A DNA stretch of 43,573 nt from a bacterium (lineage in GTDB: Bacteria; Patescibacteriota; Minisyncoccia; Phycocordibacterales; UBA5272). Both the position numbers and the translations under genes were made by a program. Shown piece by piece: positions 37,324-43,573 of this stretch. Each line of letters begins with the position of its first letter. The stretch's first letter is position 1. The stretch is taken from assembly GCA_043745785.1 (NCBI GenBank), contig JAYTSG010000009.1:1-43573 (forward strand). The letters are read 5' to 3'. The notes under the pieces are model-generated. The model worked only from the letters and a program-made list of their open reading frames with translations, searched no databases and was not told the DNA's origin.

Positions 37324-38709
37324 ATGAGATTTTTCCAAATCTGCTTCGTACTCTCAAAACATCTCATTTTCTACCAACTTACTAGCCAAAGAGATAAAGA
37401 ATTTGGAGAAAGACTGAGAATTTCTTGTGAAATTCTCGGAATTACTTTTATTAAGTTTGGGCAAGGTCTTTCCATGAGGTACGACTTACTTCCTGAATCT
37501 GTTTGCGAAGAATTACAGAAACTCCTTGATAAAGCAAATGTTATACCATATGAAGTGATACGCGATATTCTTGAAAAAGAATATAAAGGTCCTCATACAA
37601 GAATTTTTAAGGAGTTCTCGAGAGAGCCTCTCGGATCAGCTTCTGTTAGTCAGGTACATAAAGCAGTACTCCATGATGGTCGAGTTGTTGCTGTTAAAAT
37701 AAAGAGACCTTTGGTGGATAAATACTTACGAAGTGATATTGCTATTTTAAAAGGGATGGTACTCTTTGGAATGATTTTTTCAAAGTTGCTTCGTGATTTT
37801 AGAGCCTATGAAGTCGTAACTTACTTTGATAAATGGATACAGCAAGACACTGATTTTCTCCAAGAAGCAAAAAATATTGTAGCGATCAGAAAGCAAGAAG
37901 AAAGTTCAAATACAATAGAATCCGAAAAAATGGTATGTATGGATATTGTTCCAGAGTTTTCAAGCAAAATAGTCATTGTCATGGATTTTATTGATGGAAT
38001 ACCAATGAATCACAGAAAAGAAGCTGATCAGAATAAAGCGTATGACGTAGAAAAAAGCATTAAGGCGTATATGAATGCATCGATTAGAACTTGGTTTCGA
38101 GAAGACTTATCTGAATTTTACTTTCAAGCAGATCCACACCTTTCAAATATTTTAGCGCTTCCGGGTGGACGTGCTGCTAATATTGATTGTGGTTTGGTAT
38201 GCCATCTATCCAAAAAAGAGGCACTTATTTTTAAGAAAATGATCATTGCCATATATCTCAAAGATGTTAAAGCTATTGTAAAAATAGCAGCTAGTTGGGG
38301 GAATTTAGATGTAGATGACCTTCAGAAGCGTATGGAAAAAGATATGAAGAAATATTTTGATAAAACTGATGAAGAAGGAATTGGTTTTTGGTTTTTTGAG
38401 TTAACAAAAATTTTTATTAAATATAAAATACGATATCCTTCGTACCTTATAACGCTCGGTCGTGCAAATACCGTCATGGATGGGCTCATAACGACAAACA
38501 TACCCGATTATTCTATGATTGATATTTTAGGTGATGAGCTGAGAACTCAAACAGTTAAAAGAATAAAAAAAGAATTACAAGGCCCTCATCTTTTGCGTAT
38601 TGGTAATGTCTTTTTAACTAAAATGAAAGACAGTTTAGATGAAACTGATTCAATGTTACGCGCGATATCTGACGTATCAAAAGCACTTTCTGGAGAATTT
38701 GATAGGTAA
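37324..38709 (+). CDS. AarF/UbiB/ABC1-family atypical kinase
   Basis: FIKFGQ (KxGQ), LGSASVSQVH, VAVKIKRP, ADPHLSN, IDCG. Confidence 0.9.
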   Translation: MRFFQICFVLSKHLIFYQLTSQRDKEFGERLRISCEILGITFIKFGQGLSMRYDLLPESVCEELQKLLDKANVIPYEVIRDILEKEYKGPHTRIFKEFSREPLGSASVSQVHKAVLHDGRVVAVKIKRPLVDKYLRSDIAILKGMVLFGMIFSKLLRDFRAYEVVTYFDKWIQQDTDFLQEAKNIVAIRKQEESSNTIESEKMVCMDIVPEFSSKIVIVMDFIDGIPMNHRKEADQNKAYDVEKSIKAYMNASIRTWFREDLSEFYFQADPHLSNILALPGGRAANIDCGLVCHLSKKEALIFKKMIIAIYLKDVKAIVKIAASWGNLDVDDLQKRMEKDMKKYFDKTDEEGIGFWFFELTKIFIKYKIRYPSYLITLGRANTVMDGLITTNIPDYSMIDILGDELRTQTVKRIKKELQGPHLLRIGNVFLTKMKDSLDETDSMLRAISDVSKALSGEFDR

Positions 38710-38791
38710 TGTAATTGTGGATATATCTCCTTGCTATTTTTTCTTAAGTGGTATACTTAAAGAGCAATTAATAATTTATTATTTATATAAT

Positions 38792-38983
38792 ATGGCAAAC
38801 GATATTGTTGATAAAACAAGAGATGAAACAAATGATCGCATTAATGATGTCATTGATCATTTTGATGAAGTAAATAAGAAGACTTTTGATCTTTTAGAAA
38901 AGCTTTCAAGAAGTACTTTCAAAATAGCAAGAGATGTTCACGAAGATATTGCGGACAGACAAAAAGATAAAAAAGATAAGTAA
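38792..38983 (+). CDS. Small helical hypothetical protein (63 aa)
   Basis: MANDIVDKTRDETND...; promoter-like TTGCTA...TATACT upstream, terminator at 38993-39025. Confidence 0.7.
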   Translation: MANDIVDKTRDETNDRINDVIDHFDEVNKKTFDLLEKLSRSTFKIARDVHEDIADRQKDKKDK

Positions 38984-39142
38984 AAGCAGACACAAAAAAT
39001 CTAGAAGTAAACTCTAGATTTTTTGTTTTCTTTAAGCGTGTTTTTTGTGGAGAGTCTAAGTGGAGAGCGTAAAGAGAATGAAGTATTTATCTGATATACT
39101 ATATCTTGTCTAAGAATACTCTTACTTCTACAAAATTTTCTT

Positions 39143-40726
39143 ATGTATAAAAAATTGTTTTTTGGTGGTATCTGCGCACTTTTTATTTGCTTAGGAGGAG
39201 CTTTCTTTTATTTCAAAGAATATCACAATCAAAATAGCGCATTTGCTAAAGTTGAAAAGAGGTCTTTGTCGAGTGAAATATTTGCCTCAGGTAAAGTAGA
39301 ATCTTCTTCTGAAGTTTCTTTATTTTTTAAAAATGTTGCCAAGGTAAACACAGTTTTAGTTAAAGTTGGTGATTCAGTTAAAAGTGGAGACGTACTTGTA
39401 CTACAAGACGCAAAAGATTTAGATGCAGAAGATGTTGAGCTCAATGCTGCTATAGCATTACAGAGAGCTCGCATTAGTCAATTCAAAGCAGGGTCATCTG
39501 AAGAAGAAATAAGTAAAGTAAAAGTAACGTTAACTAACGCTTCTACCACATATTCAAGCGCGACTATTTCTCTTGAAAATGCTAAAAAAGAAATGCTGGC
39601 ATCTCTTGAAAATGCTTATACAAATGCTGATGATGCAATCTACAACAAAGTAGATCAACTTTTTATTGGTCCTACACAGCAAACCCCAAGTCTCTCTTTT
39701 GCAGTTGTTTCTTTTTCCCTGGGCAATGAAGTTGGATTCCAGAGAAAAGAAGTCGAAACTATTCTTAGTTCATGGCGTTTACAGAGGAAAGAGTATGGAG
39801 CAGAAACCGATATTGTGAAAGAAATAATTATCACGAAACAGTCAATAATTAAAGTAAAAGCTCTTATAAATAAAATAGCAATAATCGTCAATAATCCAGT
39901 CAATAAACCAACTCAAATAAGTGAGGACTCGTGGAATGTGATACGAGAAAGTATTGCAAGTGCTCGTCTTAATTTAGATGTAGTCACTAGTCGCCTTCTT
40001 CTTTCAGAAAGTGTATTAGCGCAAGCCGAATCTTCTCTTAAGGCTTCGCAAGGACAAGTAGACAGCGCAAAAAGTGATGTATTTATTAAAAAAGCAAAAG
40101 TAAGGTCAACAGATCTTGCGGTTTACTATGCGCAGCTTGAGCAAGCTATTGCTGCAAAAGAACGTAGTATTTCATCACGAAAAGACCTTCAAATAACAGC
40201 ACCTTTTTCAGGTATAGTGACTACTGTTGACGTCAAGAGTGGAGAGATGTCGATACCTCAAAAGAAAGTGGTGACGCTTCTTGCCGAGAACGACCTTACT
40301 ATTAAACTTAATGTCATTGAAACTAATATAGTAAAAGTTCAACTCGGACAAAAAGCTCGAATAACTTTAGAAGCACTTCCAGAAAAAGAGCTTGAAGGTG
40401 TTGTCACTTTTATTGATCCTGCTGAAACTATTGTTGGTGGTTCTGTATATTATAAAGTAACGGTAACTATCAATGAAAAACAGAGTTTTATTCGCTCGGG
40501 CATGACAGCAAATGTGTGGATTGAAATAGCGAGAAAAGAGCAAGTTTTATCATTACCATTTAGTGCTCTTTTTAAAGAAGGTGAGTCGTCAGTGGTATTC
40601 TTAAAAGGAAACTCATTCTCCAAAAAAGAGAAAAGAGTGGTAGATGTCGGTAATGAAGACAGAAATGGTTTTTTTGAAATTCTCTCTGGTGTTAAAGAAG
40701 GAGAGATTGTATTACTTGAATCATAA
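39143..40726 (+). CDS. Membrane-fusion (HlyD/MacA-like) adaptor with long coiled coil
   Basis: N-terminal TM, VKVGDSVKSGDVL, ITAPFSGIV, SGMTANV, SGVKEGE. Confidence 0.9.
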   Translation: MYKKLFFGGICALFICLGGAFFYFKEYHNQNSAFAKVEKRSLSSEIFASGKVESSSEVSLFFKNVAKVNTVLVKVGDSVKSGDVLVLQDAKDLDAEDVELNAAIALQRARISQFKAGSSEEEISKVKVTLTNASTTYSSATISLENAKKEMLASLENAYTNADDAIYNKVDQLFIGPTQQTPSLSFAVVSFSLGNEVGFQRKEVETILSSWRLQRKEYGAETDIVKEIIITKQSIIKVKALINKIAIIVNNPVNKPTQISEDSWNVIRESIASARLNLDVVTSRLLLSESVLAQAESSLKASQGQVDSAKSDVFIKKAKVRSTDLAVYYAQLEQAIAAKERSISSRKDLQITAPFSGIVTTVDVKSGEMSIPQKKVVTLLAENDLTIKLNVIETNIVKVQLGQKARITLEALPEKELEGVVTFIDPAETIVGGSVYYKVTVTINEKQSFIRSGMTANVWIEIARKEQVLSLPFSALFKEGESSVVFLKGNSFSKKEKRVVDVGNEDRNGFFEILSGVKEGEIVLLES

Positions 40727-40729
40727 AGT

Positions 40730-41965
40730 ATGGAAGCATTTTTTACTGATTTAAAACTTTCATATTTTGTCGCAAAAAAAATGATTACAAAAGGGAATCG
40801 GTCAACATCTTTACTGCTTGTCTGTATTTTGTCATTAGCATTCCTTAACTTACTTTTTATCAAAGGTTTCTTATCTGGTTTTTCTGATGGAGTACTTCAA
40901 TCAGTCATACGCTCAAGTACTTCACATATTATCCTTTCCCCAAAGGAGATACCTATACTTAAAAAGTATATTGTCAATGAGCATCTCATTCGTAAAGAAA
41001 TAGAAACAATACCTGGAGTTATAGCTGTTACTCCTCATTACATAGAAAATGGAGAAATACGATACGATAAAGAAAAAAATGGAACATTTCGCACGTTATC
41101 AGTACCCATTATTGGTATTGACCCAATGAGTGAAAAAGCTGTTATGGATATACATAACAACATGGTAGACGGAACATTTCCTGATAATCTTAAAGAAGAC
41201 GAAATTATTTTAGGATCTAATGTTTCAGGAGGGTATGATAGTTTTATGCCACTTGATTTGGGGGGTGCAAGGGCAGGAGATAAAGTTCATATTACTTACA
41301 CAAATGGTGTCGACAAGTTATATACCATTCGTGGTATTTTTCGCATTACACTTGGTTACTCTTCAAGTAATGTGTATGTTTCAAAAAAAGAAATAGAGAA
41401 AGTTTTTCAAATAAATGACTCCGCTTCTGAGATTTTAGTTAAACTTGATTTAAAAAGAAATACTATAAAAGAATATCTTGCACGGTTTCAGACAACGTAC
41501 CCAACACTTCGAGTTGAAGATTATAAAAAACGTCTATCTTCTATTGGTGTGTTGATTGAGGCCTTTGATGCAATAGCTTTTGTGGTAACAATTATTAGTA
41601 TTGTGGTTTGTTTTGCAACTATTTTCGTTATGATTTATATCAACGCCACCAGCAAGCAAAAGCAAATAGGTATTCTAAAAGCAATTGGCATCAATGAGAG
41701 AATAATTAGTTTGTCTTATATTTTCCAATCCTTTTTTTATGCAGTTATCAGTACTTTTATTGGAATCTTCTTTCTTTTTTTCGCAATCATACCTCTTCTT
41801 TCTTCACATCCAATACTTATGCCGTATGGGTACGCCTACCTTGTCCTTTCATCTCAAGATATACTACTGACTACAGCACTAATGTTGTTCTCTTCGATCG
41901 TTGCTGGTTTTATTCCAGCAAGACTCGTCTCTCATCAGGAAATATTAAAAATAATACGAGGCTAA
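40730..41965 (+). CDS. MacB/FtsX-like ABC permease
   Basis: Four TM segments with a large external loop; QIGILKAIG. Confidence 0.9.
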   Translation: MEAFFTDLKLSYFVAKKMITKGNRSTSLLLVCILSLAFLNLLFIKGFLSGFSDGVLQSVIRSSTSHIILSPKEIPILKKYIVNEHLIRKEIETIPGVIAVTPHYIENGEIRYDKEKNGTFRTLSVPIIGIDPMSEKAVMDIHNNMVDGTFPDNLKEDEIILGSNVSGGYDSFMPLDLGGARAGDKVHITYTNGVDKLYTIRGIFRITLGYSSSNVYVSKKEIEKVFQINDSASEILVKLDLKRNTIKEYLARFQTTYPTLRVEDYKKRLSSIGVLIEAFDAIAFVVTIISIVVCFATIFVMIYINATSKQKQIGILKAIGINERIISLSYIFQSFFYAVISTFIGIFFLFFAIIPLLSSHPILMPYGYAYLVLSSQDILLTTALMLFSSIVAGFIPARLVSHQEILKIIRG

Positions 41966-41967
41966 CT

Positions 41968-42690
41968 ATGATATCCGTAGAAAATCTTTCAAAAATATAT
42001 AATGACGATGACGTCAAGACGAATGCTCTTGTAAATGTCTCTTTTACAGTCAAGAAAGGTGAATTTATTGGACTTATGGGGCGTAGTGGTTCAGGCAAGT
42101 CAACGCTACTTCATCAGCTTGGACTTTTAGACACTCCTACATCTGGGAAAGTAACCTTGCTTGGAAAAGACGTTCTTGCTATGAGTATTGTAGAAAAAAC
42201 ATATTTCCGTTTACATCATCTTGGTTATGTATTTCAAGAATATGGTCTTATTCCAGAATTTACGGCACTTGAGAATGTAGCATTTCCAGCTCTTGCAACA
42301 AATAATAGTCAAGCATATGAACGAGCTCTCGAACTTCTCACCTATGTTGGTCTCAAAGAAAGAGCTCATCATAATCCACTTCGTATGTCTGGCGGAGAAA
42401 AGCAAAGAGTAGCTATCGCAAGAGCGCTGATCAATGATCCTGATATTATTTTTGCTGACGAACCAACTGCAAATCTCGACTCACACTCATCAGAAGTTGT
42501 TCTTTCTTTATTTAAACAACTACAAATCGATTTTAAGAAAACTATTTTAATGGTAACTCATGAAATAGCGGACAAAAAGTACACCGATAGAATAATTTTT
42601 TTGAAAGATGGAGAGATTATTGAAAATGTTTCAGGGGATGGGACTCCTACTACTTTTGAAAAGATTGGTAATGTGCTTCGTCCTTTTTAG
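41968..42690 (+). CDS. LolD/MacB-like ABC ATPase
   Basis: GRSGSGKST, MSGGEKQRV, FADEPT, VTH. Confidence 0.95.
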   Translation: MISVENLSKIYNDDDVKTNALVNVSFTVKKGEFIGLMGRSGSGKSTLLHQLGLLDTPTSGKVTLLGKDVLAMSIVEKTYFRLHHLGYVFQEYGLIPEFTALENVAFPALATNNSQAYERALELLTYVGLKERAHHNPLRMSGGEKQRVAIARALINDPDIIFADEPTANLDSHSSEVVLSLFKQLQIDFKKTILMVTHEIADKKYTDRIIFLKDGEIIENVSGDGTPTTFEKIGNVLRPF

Positions 42691-42864
42691 ACTAAAAGTA
42701 TTTTTTATTAAAAACACTCATGAGTAACAACTCAAAGTAAAGTTCTTGTCTCAGGTTCTCGGTAGTTTTCTAAGACTGTGTTTTGCAAGAGCAAAGTATA
42801 ATTCTCTATTATTCGAGATAGAAATGAAAAAGAGTCGAGTATTTTTCATACTCGGCCCTGTGTT

Positions 42865-43068
42865 TTACTGACATGTAAGCATACCTACGACACCGACGAA
42901 GACTAATGAAACGGCTGTAGCAATAGTTGCAGCAGTTTTTAGCCTCCCTCTATTTATTGCCTCAGTAGTTGCTTCCTTGGGCTCTGGCATGCAAATCACA
43001 ATGACATGAGCGATGCCTGCAATGAGTAGGAATGCTGTTGCAATCATCATTATCAGTTGAGAGTTCAT
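42865..43068 (-). CDS. Small 2-TM hypothetical protein
   Basis: GGAG SD plus ATG; two hydrophobic helices. Confidence 0.6.
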   Translation of the reverse strand: MNSQLIMMIATAFLLIAGIAHVIVICMPEPKEATTEAINRGRLKTAATIATAVSLVFVGVVGMLTCQ

Positions 43069-43320
43069 GGTTTTCTCCGAAGGTAATTGGGAAGTTCTTC
43101 TATGGCGTAGTGCAGTCTATGTTTAATAACAGTTGAAATTACTATCGTGATAAAATTAGCTCCTAGTACCGTAGCCTTATTCCTTGGTTTTGTTACACGA
43201 AAGGTACAGCTAACTGCGATAGTACTTTATTTTTACACAAGTGTAAAGTGATATTGATTGGTAAGAAAAAAGAAAACGGCCAGCTCGAGACTGGTCCGTC
43301 ATGCTCAACAAACTTGAAAT

Positions 43321-43470
43321 TCAGCGTGCCTTAATCGAGAAGGAGTACTGTTGATGTGTGTTCCGACTGTCTGCCCACAAGTTGAAGCAAAGAATCAACA
43401 AGAAAATACTTCCCATCGAAATTAGCATACTGAATTTAGTCGCAAGTATTTTGCGCGCTATGGTATTCAC
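43321..43470 (-). CDS. Possible small 1-TM protein (49 aa)
   Basis: VNTIARKILATKFSMLISMGSIFLLILCFNLWADS...; hairpin at about 43275-43299 downstream; start uncertain. Confidence 0.3.
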   Translation of the reverse strand: MNTIARKILATKFSMLISMGSIFLLILCFNLWADSRNTHQQYSFSIKAR

Positions 43471-43573
43471 AGTAAACACTAGACTTGTCCGGAAATAATT
43501 AATCCCCTATACTATAACCATACTCATTTATGATACTTCATATGGATCTCAACAAAATTCTCTCAACCAAGCG

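Noticed and set aside
39569-39616. Direct repeat tctcttgaaaatgct x2
   Set aside because: In-frame coiled-coil coding repeat (SLENA) within the adaptor gene
1-43573. Alternative genetic code (TGA=Gly, code 25)
   Set aside because: Core genes are full-length under code 11 and secA ends properly at TGA

Overview
Genomic fragment of an AT-rich, reduced-genome bacterium using genetic code 11, most likely Patescibacteria/CPR (Parcubacteria-like; inferred from protein style, short ValRS and absence of Shine-Dalgarno sites on core genes). Scattered housekeeping genes (murB, hsp20, valS, secA, murF, rmuC, rplU, recR, dnaB, malic enzyme, tgt, tRNA-Glu(CTC)) alternate with solitary orphan genes and pseudogenes. 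A ~6.8 kb probable island (15.6-22.4 kb) lies between a truncated serine recombinase and the tRNA-Glu 3' end. It carries an OmpR/HK pair, DedA/VTT, PepSY and two COG4705 genes, with four copies of one direct-repeat operator/-10 motif. Other highlights: an unannotated 50-aa histone-H1-like (VAKK)n protein near a SET-domain lysine methyltransferase and directly upstream of a class I methyltransferase; a betaproteobacterial-looking HPF gene; a palindromic bidirectional leaderless promoter between pfkB and DUF2090; a loopless 46-bp palindrome before rmuC; a duplicated terminator-promoter-ATG module; REP/WPE-like elements; and a Tgt with a 40-aa insertion and no zinc-binding cysteines. All family assignments come from motif recognition, not database searches.
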